Below are positions 27,138 through 40,906 of a DNA stretch of 64,000 bases, one piece after another. Source of the stretch: the human T2T-CHM13v2.0 reference genome, Homo sapiens. The translations under genes were made by a program, and so were the position numbers. Below the pieces are notes generated by a model. The model made no database searches. It was not told the origin of the DNA and saw nothing but the letters and a program-made list of their open reading frames with translations. Positions within the stretch are counted from its first letter, which is position 1. Every line of letters starts with the position of its first letter. The DNA lies in the NCBI RefSeq assembly GCF_009914755.1, contig NC_060934.1. The stretch is one strand, 5' to 3'.

Positions 27138-27295
27138 AGCTCTCTCACTTCCTAGCTGTCTGATCTTGGGCAAATTAAAAGCTCTTTAAGCTTCAAGTTT
27201 TCCATGTATAAGATCAGACAATAAAAGGGTTGTGAAATGAACACTCCGTGGATGAAATTTCAAATTAAGTAAGTTGATTAGGTTTCTAGCTTCCA
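27138..27295 (+). mobile_element. MIR
   Basis: CACTTCCTAGCTGTCTGATCTTGGGCAAATTA core. Confidence 0.7.
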
Positions 27296-27539
27296 CACAT
27301 GATACAGATGTTACTCTGTCCTCATAAGAAAGATTGAAGGCAGAATGACAGACGGGACCCAAGAAAGCCATTCCCATGATGCATGCCTGGGGAAGCAGAA
27401 CATCAGTTTCTGAGGAAAGACACAAAAGTCCATGCAGATTGTATTCTATATTACTTATGGAAAAAAATAAAAGTCGCATCCTGTGGAAAAGGAGGAGCTA
27501 ATGATGTTGCTGTAGGAGAGAATGGAAATAAATAATGAT

Positions 27540-30500
27540 AAATGGGGCAATTACTCAAAAAAGCATAACGATGTGAAATGTCCATACACCTAAAAGTACA
27601 GGTCTAAAATATATGAAGCAAAACTGGTGAACTGTAAAGAGAAATAGACAAGTTTGCAAAATTTATATCTCAGTTTTTCATAGAATTGATAGATAAAGTA
27701 CAGGACATATTAGTAAGTACAAAGAAGTAAACAGCACTGTCAACCAACGTGATTTACCCAACATCCTGAAATGCTCTGTAGAAAAGAGATTATATATTAT
27801 TTTCCAGTGCCCATGTGTTATTCACCCAGGTGGATCATATTCCCGGTGACACAGAAAAACAAGCTCAAAATACTGAAATCTGATAAAACTGTATTATTGG
27901 GACATAATTAAATAGCATTCAGTAACAGAAAGATATTTGAAAAAAAACAAACCAACTATTTAGAAATTAAGAACATACATCTAAATAACCAGTGGATCAA
28001 AGAGAAAGTCAAAAGAGATTCTGTAAAATATATGCCAATGAAAAAATTTTTTTACCAATATTTGTACGATGAAGCTAAAATAATGCTTAAAGAAAATGTA
28101 TAAAATTCAGTGTCTTTGTTAGAAGATACAGATGTCCAAAAATCATCTGTGATAAGAGAAGGGCAAATTACATGTAAAGCTAACATCAGTAAATAAAATA
28201 TACATTAAAAACTTGAAAAAAATGAAAATATAGATAAAAAATTGAAAAGAAAACCAGAAGTGAAAAATCAATCTGTAATGAAGATAGTTATTTGAAAATA
28301 TCAATAAAATTTATAGACTTCTAGTTAGACTGACAAAAAATACAAAAAGAAAAAAAGAGAAAAGAAAAGGCTATTAAAGGAATATTAAAAGGCTATTAAA
28401 TAAATACTTTAACAAAACTCTCTGTCGTTAAATTTGACCAATTAGATTAATTGGAAACATTTTTTAAGTAAATAAACTACCAAAAATTTTCCAAGAAGAA
28501 ATAGAGTGAGTAACTTTATATCTGTTAAAAAAATTGCATTTGTTGTTAAAAAATATAGCCAAAGAAATCTCAATATTCATGGAGCTTCTTGCATAATTAT
28601 ACTAAATACTTAGTGAAGAAGTTATATCAATCCTACACAATCAGTTCTCCAATAAAGAATGAAGGGACCACCTTCAAAATCACTCACTTTTATGACAGCA
28701 TAATTAATACACCTCTGAAACTCAATATGGATATTACATTAAAAGAAAACTATAGATAATTATTTCTCATGAACATAGATGCAACCAACTTTAACAAATT
28801 ATTGGTAAATCAAATCCAGGGACATATGAAATTGATAATATATCTTGACCAATTTTGTTTTATCTGGTTATTAAACATTGATTCAAAATTGGAAAATCAT
28901 CCAATGTAACTCACCATATCAGCACACTAAAGGAAAAAAAAAGATAATCTTAATAGATGTAGTAAAAGCACTTGACAAAATCTAACATCCAATTATGATA
29001 TAGAACTTTCAGAAAGCCAAAAACAGAGGAACATGTTTTCAGTCTGAGAAAGTATATCTTAGACAAACAAATCAAAAACTGTAGCTCACACACAGTTCTA
29101 CATAATGTTTCTACATATTGCTGAAAAACTGGGTTTTCTCTCTCTAAGTTTGGAAAAAACCAAGGATATCAACTATCACAATTCCTGCATAGTATCATAC
29201 AGGAGGTCCTAACAAATGCAATAAAGCCAGTAAAGAAATAAAAGACATACAGACTGGAAAGGCAAAATATATAATTATATCTATTTGCAAACATCAAAAT
29301 CGTTTGGATAGAAATTAGTGAAGAACCAACAAAATGCTAACAAAACTAATAAATGAGTTAAACAAGTTTTCAGAATTCAAGGTTAATATGAAATGTTAAC
29401 ATTTTTATTCTACTAATGAACAATTAGAAACTGATCCTAGAAAAAAGTACTATTTACAGTCGTAGTATTAATCATGAAATGCTTAAGTTTAAATCTCCTA
29501 AAATACATGTAATATATGTATCCTGAAAATGATAAAACTATAAAACATTGATTAAATATAGGAATTAAGTCGATGAACAAATATAGTGTATTTATAGCTT
29601 GTGATTCTATATTATTAAGATCTTAGTTGTGTTCATATGGACCTATAAATTTAAGCAATCCCAATAAAAATTCCAAAGAACATTTGAAGGAATTGACAAT
29701 ATTTACATGAAAAGTCAATGAAGCCAGTAGAGACAAAACAGTTTTGAAAAGTAAGAACAAAGCTAGACGACTCTTGATAGTTGACTTCAAATCTGTAGTA
29801 ATCAAGACAGTATTTTATTGAATAAAAAAGAGGCATATAAAACAATGCTAAATAATAGAATGTCCTAAAATACATACGTGTGGTAATTCGATTTCTTTTC
29901 GAAAGCCAAAGACAATTAAATAGAAAAGGGGTATCTCTTTGATAATTTATGCTAGAGATAGTAGATATCCTTATGTGTAGTGGTTATCAAATATATATCT
30001 AGTAATCCTTTTATACTTCCTCCTCCCTCCTTCAAATGGGAGGCTAACTCATCTATCCTTGAATGTTGTCTGCACTTAGTAATTCACTTTCATCAAGTCA
30101 AATGCTGTGGAAATGAAGGTATGTGTCATCTGTTACTACATTATACTAGGCATTGCTGCTTTCTCATCGATCTGTCTCTTGGATCATTTGGTCTGGGAGA
30201 TTCCCTTAACATGTTGTGAGGACACTAAAAAAGCCTTACGAAGATTTCCATGTGGCAGAATTGAGACCACATTGCAACATCAATGTGGGTGCTTAGAAAT
30301 GGACCCCTCTCCTCTCAGGCATTTCATGAATGTAGCCTGGGAACATCTTGATTACAACCTCATGAGAAACCTGAGCTAGAGCTACCCTGCTATCAAGTTC
30401 CAAATTCCTAACCCACAGAAATTGTGAAATAATGTATGTTTGCTCTTCTAAGCTACCTAGTTTTGGGGGTAGCCTTTTACGCAGCAAGTGATAACTAAAT

Positions 30501-30890
30501 TCAGTATGCAAAACAAACAAAAACAAACATGGTTTACAACTCTCCAATAAAGTTAAATACTGTATAAACTTAACCATTTGATCCTGCAGTTCCTTCTCCA
30601 GGTATTTGCTTAAATAAAGCAAAAGCTGTTGTTCATACAAAACCTGTAAGCAAATGTTTATAGTGGCTTTATTCATAATCGCAAAAAACTGGAAAGAGCT
30701 GAAATGTCCCTCAACTGGAGAAGGGATAAATGTAGTATTATAATCTTAGCAGTAAAAAGGAATGAACTATAGACAAATGAAACAATGACTGAGTTCCAAG
30801 TACATCATGCTAAGTAAAATAAGACAGACTCAAAACACTACATATTATATTATTTCACTCACATGTCATCATAGGATATGCAAAAATGTT
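27540..30890 (+). mobile_element. Old L1M (MD/ME-type) decayed ORF2 to 3' end, split by an MLT1 LTR
   Basis: EN/RT remnants: AAAATATATGAAGCAAAACTG, CTAAATAACCAGTGGATCAAAGA, CTCATGAACATAGATGCA, AAAGCACTTGACAAAAT, GCAATCCCAATAAAAATTCCA; 3' end AAAAAGGAATGAACTA. Confidence 0.85.
29976..30503 (+). mobile_element. MLT1F-type solo LTR inserted in L1
   Basis: TG...CA ends, CATGTTGTGAGGACACT, AATTCCTAACCCACAGAAATTGTGA; 5-bp TSD TTATG/GTATG. Confidence 0.85.
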
Positions 30891-31509
30891 TAGTTTTGTA
30901 ACCTATACATTATCTATAAATTAAAAATGAAATCAAAATCAAATGATTAACTAATGTCCTAATCATCACAGACATTTGATAAAGATGAAATTTTACTATC
31001 ACTAACTAAAAAATAGTTATATTAACAGATCAACTTTAGTTTCGTCAATCCATTTTCATAATATTTCACGAAGTAGACAAATCTCTAAAAAGTGTTTTTG
31101 CAAATAATCCAGAAATTGCCTTTTTATTTATCTTTCTCTTCCAATTTTTAGCATTTCAAAGACTTCCTTTTGCATCTGGGAGAAAAACTGTGGCTCATCA
31201 AAGAATTAGGGTCAGATCAGATACATGTTGGCTTAGGATATTTTTAATCCTACTTTAGGTTTTTTTCTAACTGTTAGTCATTAATTTACAGTACAAATAA
31301 AAATTAGTCATTTATGAGGTTCAAAGCAATGAACTAAGCAGTGAAAGTGCCAGTGCTTGTGAGTTTGTTAATGTTTATACTTGACACTTCATTTATTTTT
31401 TTCTGGGCATTCATTTAAAGTCATTTTAATTATTACCTGTTTAGAATAAGATGCAAAAATATCTTCACATAGCCTATAGAATAAAGGAAGAAGTAGAAAA
31501 ATAAACCAT

Positions 31510-31885
31510 ATCATATTATGTTTTGTATTACAGTACACTATAGTATGGTGTACTATAATATATTATACCATACTGTAATAGAATAGAATATATTAGATTA
31601 GAATACAATCAAATATAGTATACTGTGGTATATTATATTACACTATATTACATTATACCACAGTACCTCAGGGTATACTATATTACATTCTATTCTAATA
31701 TATATATATAACATAGTATAGTATACTATATTATACTATATTAGATTATATTTTATCATAAAATAATACATTATATTATTAATAATATACTATATATAGC
31801 ATATATTACACCATTCTATATAATAAAATACTATATTATGTATATAGTATACTATATAACACTATAGTATACTATATTATAAACA
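31510..31885. repeat. Degenerate AT-rich (TATAC/TAGTA/TAGAA-like) low-complexity tract with nested inverted repeats
   Basis: Read directly from the sequence. Confidence 0.85.
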
Positions 31886-32810
31886 AAATTATGATAGTGT
31901 ATGGATGTCTTTTTATGGAAATATGCAAAAGAATATGAGAGCACTATGTAGATAGATGCCACGATGCATTCAGTTACAGAAATAAATCTGTTTTTATTAC
32001 TTTCAGTTGTTTGCTTCTTTATAATAATTTCAATAAATGGTTTATACACTTTCTAATGTAATTGCAGATTTAATTGATTAAAATAGGCTAAGACTTTGTC
32101 ACTGAAAATAATGTCAAAATCACATTAGCATCACTAGAGCTAGTTAAATCAAGTTATTGTAAAATATAAACATGCTTGATAGATCTAAGTTCCATTACCA
32201 ACTTAATTAGCTAGAATTTCATTCTGTAGTAGAAATGTCTTTAACTTTCCATCCGATAGTAAATAATTCTACGTGCATTCAATAGAAGAAATTTCACGAG
32301 AAGTGATTGTAGTTTTGATGCTGGTGAATGATTAGAAATTTATTTTGTTATGATGTAATGTATGGAATTAAAAGGATAATGAGATTATAGTCAACCATTG
32401 AAAATGTCTTGGGAAAAAGGCCAGTAGGTATGCCACAGAGATGCCACATGTGACAGCCAGGAAGTACAATGATAGCACATTTCTGTTGGTGAAGAAAGGT
32501 AACAGCTTAGCGTGTGAATGCGTATTTATCACTTAATGAAACTCTCTCACCTATTTCTATGAAAATCAATCTTGGAAGGGAGGTTAAGGAAAATAGAACT
32601 ATAAAGAGAAGGTTTTGGAGATGTTTAGCCAAATACTCTTATCTGATGAACTGGCTGGGCTACAGAAAACTTGATTCCATGTACAGAAAATAAAGCTTTA
32701 GTCTAAAAAAAAAACTTTAATATTTCTTGATGACTGTCTATAGACATAGCATTTATGTCTAGATATACATTATGAAAATTCTCTTGTCATCAGAATTAAT
32801 AATTGTGTTC

Positions 32811-33203
32811 CATTATGGGCTGAATTGTGTCACCGCAACATTTATATAGGGAAGTCCTTACTCCATAGTACCTCAGAATGTGACTGTATTTGGAAATAGG
32901 GTCTTTCAAGAGATAATTAAGTTAAATTGTGGTTCTACGCAAGAGCACTAATCCAATATGACGGGTGTCCTTTTAGTGGGAGATTAAGACACAAGACAAC
33001 ACACAAACTGAGGGGAAACCATATGTGAACACAGGAAAGAAGACAGCCATCTTCAAGGCAAAAAAGAGTCCTCAGGAGAAACTGTATCAGCAGACACCTT
33101 GATCATGGACTTCTGGGCTTCAAAATTGTGAGAAATAATTTTTTGTTGTTTAAACCACCTAATATGTTGTCTTTTGTTATGGTAGCCCAAGAAAACTAAG
33201 ACA
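32811..33203 (+). mobile_element. MLT1B solo LTR
   Basis: TATGGGCTGAATTGTGTC...AGTACCTCAGAATGTGACTGTATTTGGAAATAGGGTCTTT...AACTAAGACA; TSD TGTTC/TATTC. Confidence 0.88.
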
Positions 33204-33637
33204 TATTCTCATTCCTCCTTCCTTCCAGACGCCTGTGCCAGTTTCTACCTCATCCCCACAAACAAAGTTATAAAGCAAGACCAGATAAGATTTTTTAGAA
33301 TAAAAAATTCACTGCTTCCCTTCTCTGCCTGAAAACGTCAAGGTTATTGAATAAATAAAAATTATCTAGCATGATATATACAACGTTTCAGAAATTAATT
33401 CAAATCTCTTTTTCTAAGCCTTTATATGCTGCTTACCATTCCCAAAATATGTCTTGCTCTTAATTTTTTCTGCTTCCCCACCTTTGCAGATGTTAAGCAA
33501 TCCCTTAGAATGTTCTTTTCTTCCTTTCCTAGCTCACAATTTTTAATCCAGTTCCAAGTCCTCTTACAAACATCTCGTTTTTCAAAATTATTTGACTATC
33601 TCCAGTCAGAAATATATATTTCGCAGAATTGTGTACC

Positions 33638-33780
33638 TATTCATTCATTCTCCAATATTTGTTGAATACTAATTGAATGCCAGACAGGCTACTAGGAAAG
33701 GGGAAAAAACATTAAACCACTTGGAGTTTCATGAACCTTACATTCTATTGAAAGATAGGTATTAAATGAAAATGTATACA
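33638..33780 (-). mobile_element. L2 3' end
   Basis: TTCATTCATTCTCCAATATTTGTTGAATACT...TGCCAGACA. Confidence 0.65.
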
Positions 33781-34119
33781 TATCTCTACAATTAGGATAG
33801 CACATGTATTGCCTAATTTATGCATCAATCTTTAGCTTATGCACAATTCATTTGTATCTATTCATATGAATAAATTATAAGTACTGAATAAATTAATACA
33901 CAAACAAGGATGATATTGTTTATAGGTGGACTCAGAGGCTTCCTACATCCCATGATGCCAAACCCCTTATTTACCCAAAACGCTAAACATCTGCTTGATT
34001 ATAATTGTTAATCTATTACAAGGAAAACACAGTTCATAAACAATATAGAGAAGAAAATGCAAATTGCAAATATAATGTAGTTTTTGACATATCCATGCTA
34101 AGATGTGAGATACCAGATT

Positions 34120-34760
34120 CTTTTTTGAAAATCTAGATAATTGTAGATTCACATGCAATTGCAAAAGGGGTGCGGGAAGGGGAGGGTTAAAGACAAGATG
34201 ATTAATGGGCACACATATACTCTTAAATAAATGAAGTTAAGACCTAGTGTTACACAGATCAGTAGGGTAACTATAGTTTGCAATAATCTGTTGTATATAT
34301 TAAAATAGCTAAAAGAGAAGAATTCAAATGGTTCTAGCATAAAGAAAAAACAAATATTTAAGATGATGGATATCTGAAGTACACTGATGTGATCTTTACA
34401 AATTATTGGACTGTTTTAAATTTATCACATATACCCTGAAACTGCATACATCTGTTAATATTATACGTCAATAAAATATAAATAAATAAATAATATCGAC
34501 AGATCCTTGGTAAAATTTACCCATTTTTCCTGACACTAGCATTTTGTAAAACTACAGTATAATATCACAATTGGAATATTAACATTTATGCAATATATCC
34601 ACTCAGATATATCCAGTTTTACTTTTATTCAGTTGTATGCATTTGTGGGTGCATGCAAATTCTATGTGCAGTGTTATCATCCGCGTAGGTTCTAACATGA
34701 CAGTCAAGATACTTACCAGTTTCAATACCCAAGAATCCCTTATGTGAACTATTTATCTAC
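34120..34760 (-). mobile_element. L1MC-type 3' end, interrupted
   Basis: AGATAATTGTAGATTCACATGCAATTG ... AAAACTACAGTATAATATCACAA...CAGTCAAGATAC. Confidence 0.7.
34167..34492 (+). mobile_element. L1MA4A-like 3' fragment nested in L1MC
   Basis: TAAGACCTAGTGTT...GAATTCAAATGGTTCTAGCATAAAGAAAA...AATAAA followed by an A-rich tail. Confidence 0.8.
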
Positions 34761-35609
34761 TCCCCTCAGATTCTTTTGAGATACATGTTATTTATTATGT
34801 ATTATATTTTTATTGTTTGTACATGTAGGAACCACATAGTATCCCAAGAAGAGAAACAATTCAATTAGTAAGAAGGTAAGTACAGAAAGGAAAGAAAAGG
34901 GGCAGGGGTCTCATTATTTATTTTGAGTCACTGTCATAATCTGGTTAAACTAATTCTAGGCACTTATTTTTGTCCAGGGATTTCGCTAAGCACAAGAAAG
35001 TTTATAAAGATAAGTAAGTAACAATTTAATTTTTTCCCCCTCAATTGTGAGAGGTAATCAGTCTGAACAAGATAAGCACTGTGAGATCTACAATATGCAA
35101 TCCTTGGATCATGCAATGGCAAGGAAAAGGAGTGGTGCCATCCATGTTAAACTATTTGTTGTTTAGCTTTTCATGCATACACAGTACACACTTGTACATA
35201 AACACATTTTACATACTATTGTCCACTCACAAATAATTCACATATTACAGAATATCTGAATGTACTTTTATCTGAAGACTTTCTCTTAATTCCTAGGCTT
35301 TTCAGCATTTTATGACTTATAACCATTTCCAGCTACTTATAATGTAATATTTGATAAGTACTACTGACTGCCCCTCTTTGGATTCTCATAGATTTGTCTC
35401 TCCTCTTCAATAACAGTTTCCAATGTGGGGAGAGGAGGATTTGTGTGGCAGGCTTTTTGATAGCTTGTTTATCTGAGTATTTTTGTTAAGATTTCATAAT
35501 TGAATGACAATTTACCTAGATACAAGATTCTATGTTCTCAGTGCTTTGTATACAATATGTTAAAAATGTGATTTCAGACCTTTTTGCCTTTAAGTTTTCC
35601 AAATGCAGG

Positions 35610-35760
35610 TAAAGCCTGAAACTTCAGCAGCCATTTTGATGTCATGAGGGTAATCAGCCTAAAAGGGAATGCCAGCATGCCAAGGATGGTGAGCACAATT
35701 TTACATAGAAACTGAGTCTTTGATTATGTTGGTGAGGTGCTGAAATAATCAACTTTGGGA
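35610..35760 (+). mobile_element. Old MLT1 (J/K/L) LTR fragment within an antisense L1/HAL1 remnant
   Basis: GCAGCCATTTTGATGTCATGAGGG...AAGGATGGTGAGCA...GAAACTGAGTCTTTGAT. Confidence 0.55.
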
Positions 35761-37999
35761 AGAAAAAATGTGTATTTTATTGCTAACTTTCATGCAATGT
35801 TGCTGGTGGAAAATCTGTTATGCCTTTGTATAATACATAATTTTAAAAATTAGAACATCTTCTTTCTTTGTAATAAATAATTAATAAAATAATTAAATTT
35901 CTTGTTAATTACTGTATTGTTCAGTCAAAATTCATTCCCTTCTAGTAGATTAACCCAGGATGAGTTCCACAGAGCTCAAATTTGGCTACTGGGGTTCAGT
36001 AACATCTTTAGATATCTAGGGTTAGTAAGAATCTCTAAGAAAATCAGACTATTGATATTGGCAACACAGCCTCTTCTCAAAATGTCTACTGTCTTCAATG
36101 ATACTACAACACCCCTCTCTTTAAAAGTTAACTTGATTGTGTGGCAGGTCTTGGAAATGGGAAGGATGTGAACAAGACTCCGAGAAGAGTAGTGGAGGAG
36201 AAAGAGACAAGCCGACACACCACAACATTTATGTGACATAAAATCTCGAGTTCTGAAATATTTTGATTTCTGTATCCCCAGTGGACAGAGCATGCCACTA
36301 CCTAGCACAGAATACATATGTAGATATTGAATAAATAAGTTATCCCTATAAATAGTGGAATCAACTGTTTCATTAGACAGAGGCTCATATGATGATGGTC
36401 TACAAGAAGTGTCTACATCTAAGTTTTAAAATTCAACATTCAATATACTTAGTACATTTAAGTTATTTGTTGAAAATGTGCAACAGTTTTTTAAAAACAT
36501 TATTTTTCAGTATAGTTTAGTAGATCCATACCTATTCTTTTTTGGATTCCAAGAATGAGAGAAATGTAGCAAGTTTGGCGTTGCTTTTCAACTGCCACAG
36601 TCACAAAATAGCTTCCTATTAGTGAAGAATTTTGTTTTCTGCCTTTTTACTGTGTAGAATGCTTTCCAAGTAGAATATAAACCTAATTCATTCATATTGT
36701 GCTAAGTATGTTTGTATCATTAAATTTTTGAAGAAAAACATCAAGCCGTCAGCTTCATGGAGGTCTAATTAGTGTGCAGAACTGCCTTGACTACATTCTT
36801 AAAAGATGTAAGTAAAACTATAAAAACATCTTTCTTGGTGTTGAGGTTTTAAATGAATTAATTAAGTTTATTCCAATTAGGTCATTTTTCTTTCAAGAAA
36901 TAATATCACTTTCAACATTTTCTAATGTTTCATATGTAAAATGAGTAATCTAAACTTGGAGTCTCTACGTCCTCAGCTTGCATACATTCTGTTCTTCACC
37001 TGTTAAAATATAGACAAATTCTTTAATGAAGTTCGTCTCTATCAGTTCACAAATTGTCTCTTACTTGGTCAGTACATTAACAACTTTTAGGCCTCCTACA
37101 TCACTATTTTATTGCATTGGCTGTTGTAAAATATGTTCTCAAATTTTTCTTTTGCTCTAAACCCCCTGAATGTACTGTGTAATTCCTTGGCTGATTTTAA
37201 ATTGACATTTAAAATTACATTTAAAAATGTATATTTTAGATATTTGCCAAGTATATAATTTCAAAAATGATAAAAAATATTCTTTAAGGATAAAAATATT
37301 TATTTTTATATAAATGAATGGAATCTAAAAGCTATAGTGATTTAATACCTGTCATCAAAAATTCATCGTATATTAATGTTCTCTTTTTCACTACTCATAA
37401 ATCGCATGCTGTTTTATTTTCATTTTGTTTTCACATATTCTTTTGACTTCTCTGATAGAATTGATCATTATATAATCTATTTAATTGTTTGAAAACATTG
37501 TATCTATCAACCTGTTTATCATTCTGTTATAGAATTCTGTACATGTATTAGAATATAAGTTTTTCCAGGGAACATACATTTTTAATATTAGAAAATCTCT
37601 TTCGTTGTTATTAAACATGAGTTATCATTTATATGGTAATTAATACAAAATCAAATAATATAAGCAAGTGACTGTTTTGTATGAATAATTATTAACTACA
37701 AATACTAAAATATTAATTAAAATGTATCTGTTAATATTATTCCATGGAGAAATATTATCAGCTTTTTCAAATAATTAAATTGTCAAATAGGTGAATTTAT
37801 GCAGGAAGGTGATTTTAGTTTTCTCTTAGTGATGAAAACTATCAGGCAAATAATTATAATTATTATTTTTCCCAGTCATATTCCTGAAATGCTTCTGTCA
37901 ATTCAATACCCTTTAATAAAAGACTCAGCTAATATCATTTTAAATCCTCTCTGTTAGAAACAAGGAATTTGGAAGAATATTCAGTATTTCAAGATACCT

Positions 38000-38185
38000 A
38001 AAATAATAGCTACCACTTTCTGAGTGCTTAGTATGTGTGAATCACATTTTTTGTGGAATATTTTATCTATTCTTATTATAATCCTATGAAATAAGATCAT
38101 ACCAATATTATGTATTAAAGAAGTAAGGATCACATATTAGAGATGTTAAATAAATTTTCAAAAATGTTACACCTATAATAGGGAA
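38000..38185 (-). mobile_element. MIR
   Basis: AATAATAGCTACCACTTTCTGAGTGCTTAGTATGTG...AGAGATGTTAAATAA. Confidence 0.65.
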
Positions 38186-38331
38186 TATTAAATTTAAAAA
38201 GTAGTGGTATTTTGTACTGTTCATTGAAATATAGTTAAACAATTTATCTCCTTTGATTGAACTCATATGGTGGCATTTGGTACAAAGCCAAAGTGTTCAC
38301 ATGCTTTGTGCCCTATCATTTTTCAAATTGA

Positions 38332-38655
<324 letters not shown>

Positions 38656-38980
38656 TAAATTTTAATAAAATATAGAAAAGTTGTAGAATGTTTTAGTGTC
38701 TGTAGTGATGTGGATCCTTAATGCGAACACATGAGAAAAATAATAAATTCAAACTATTTTCTTAATACATGAGATACTTATGTTTCATTTTGTATTTTTG
38801 TAATTGTTCATAACTTGGCAAATAAAACTGTAGTAAAATAGAATGCAAATTTACACTGATATTTTGTTATGATGACATAAATATTCCCATATGCTTTTGG
38901 ATATGAAATTGGTTATGAAATACAAATAGAGTATTTCACTGTAGTCAAAGCTAGTGAAAGTTACAGAAAAAGTAAGAGGA

Positions 38981-39382
<402 letters not shown>

Positions 39383-40139
39383 CTAAGTTAGGTTCTAGGG
39401 CTATGTCTATAAATGAAGATTGACACTAAAACAGATACAGAAGCGATCACATCCTTTTGGTGCTTAAATTACTTTGCAGTGAACCTCTGGGTTTTTTTCC
39501 TCACCAACACAATCTCTTTCCCTCCACCCTTGTTTTCCTGACTTATCTAACCCCTCCCCCTTTTTGTGAAATTGGCTCTTGTACGGCCATGTGTTATACA
39601 CAAGCATAAGACCAAGCCAGATTATGTATCTGGGCAGCTTTGATCTTAAACCAAGTCATATAGGAATACAAGTCATTTGAAGTTTAATTATCAGATTTCA
39701 GAAACTTAGAGTTAGTTTCTTCATTTCTGCAGTTGAGATTCTGTTAAAAAGAGTGAGGAAGACCCTAATTGTTTGAAGAAAGTCAATCTTAAGGAGGAAA
39801 GAATTTGCTTAAATATTTAGGGAAGCAAGCGATGGAGGAATGAAGAGTTGGGAAAATGGTGTTGTGTATGCGTGTGTGTGTGTGGTGAGTGTGTTTACTT
39901 GAGCATTCTGCATATAACCATCCATATTAGTGTTGTTCATGGACTTGATACTGACATGAATCAGTAAAGTACCCTTTCTAATTTAACTGCCTTGACTTAG
40001 GTGTTTCCGGCATTTACAAACTAAAGAGTTCTGATTAATACATAAACATGTAATTGATTATTATCATACTATATGCTATAAAGAAAAATTCAAGCTTATT
40101 ATTACTGTATAAACTCTACAGAAGAATATACAATAATAT

Positions 40140-40686
40140 ATTACTCAAAAGAAAAAGCAGACTTTTTAATCTCTGCATATTTCTGTTTTTTTCTCTCTTC
40201 ACACACTACTCAATAGAACACTCTGACAAACTTCCAGATATGTGGGGGGTTTTGCTTACAAACTAAGAAATTATTCAGTGGACACCAGCTGGGTCTTCTC
40301 TAATTCAATTCAATTCTGACACTATCTGTGGAGTTGCAATGTGTCCCACCCAGTACATGGATGTGTTTCCCCTATCCAGAGGCTCTCTGAACCCCATAGT
40401 TCAGAAATTTTTATGGAGTCTTCATCATGTAGGCATGATTGATTATTAACTCAATTTTCAGCTATTCTCCCCTCTTTGCAGAGTGAGATGTGAGGTAGAA
40501 AGCTCCAAGATTCTAATTATTGCTTGGTCTTTCTGCTGAACAGCCCCCAGCCAGGAGCTCACCAAGAGCCATCTCATTAGAAGGAAAGATGCTCATATGA
40601 GTCAGGAAATTACAAAGACTTTAGAAGCTCTGTGTCAGGAACTGAGGTCAGACCAGATACTAGAAGAGAAGACTTTATTTCGCAAT
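40140..40686 (-). mobile_element. MER21(B)-type LTR with internal deletion
   Basis: GTGGACACCAGCTGGGT...AATTCAATTCAATTCTGACACTATCT; CATGTAGGCATGATTGATT; TTTAGAAGCTCTGTGTCAGGAAC. Confidence 0.8.
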
Positions 40687-40833
40687 TAGTAAGAAGTATC
40701 TTGGAAGAAGCAGAAAAGATACATATGAGGAAGTCAATTTATTCTTAGACCCAAATTACAGTAACCAGTGATCAACTGTGTATAAGAGGGAACTAAATAT
40801 TTCCCAAAAAGCCCACGTGAAAATTTAAACATT

Positions 40834-40906
40834 AAAAAAGAAAGAGAGACAGAAAGAAAGAAAGAAAAAGAAAGGGAGGGAGGGAGGAAGGAAGGGAAAG
40901 AAAAAA
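40834..40906. repeat. Polypurine tract, (GAAA)n/(GGAG)n
   Basis: Read directly from the sequence. Confidence 0.85.

Noticed and set aside
27540-30890. L1 ORF2 as an active retroelement, and antisense ORFs 29623-29875 and 30293-30676
   Set aside because: Riddled with stops, frameshifts and deletions and split by an LTR; antisense ORFs are by-products
31510-31885. Repeat-spacer-like appearance suggesting a CRISPR-type array
   Set aside because: No constant repeat with unique spacers; low-complexity eukaryotic repeat in primate DNA
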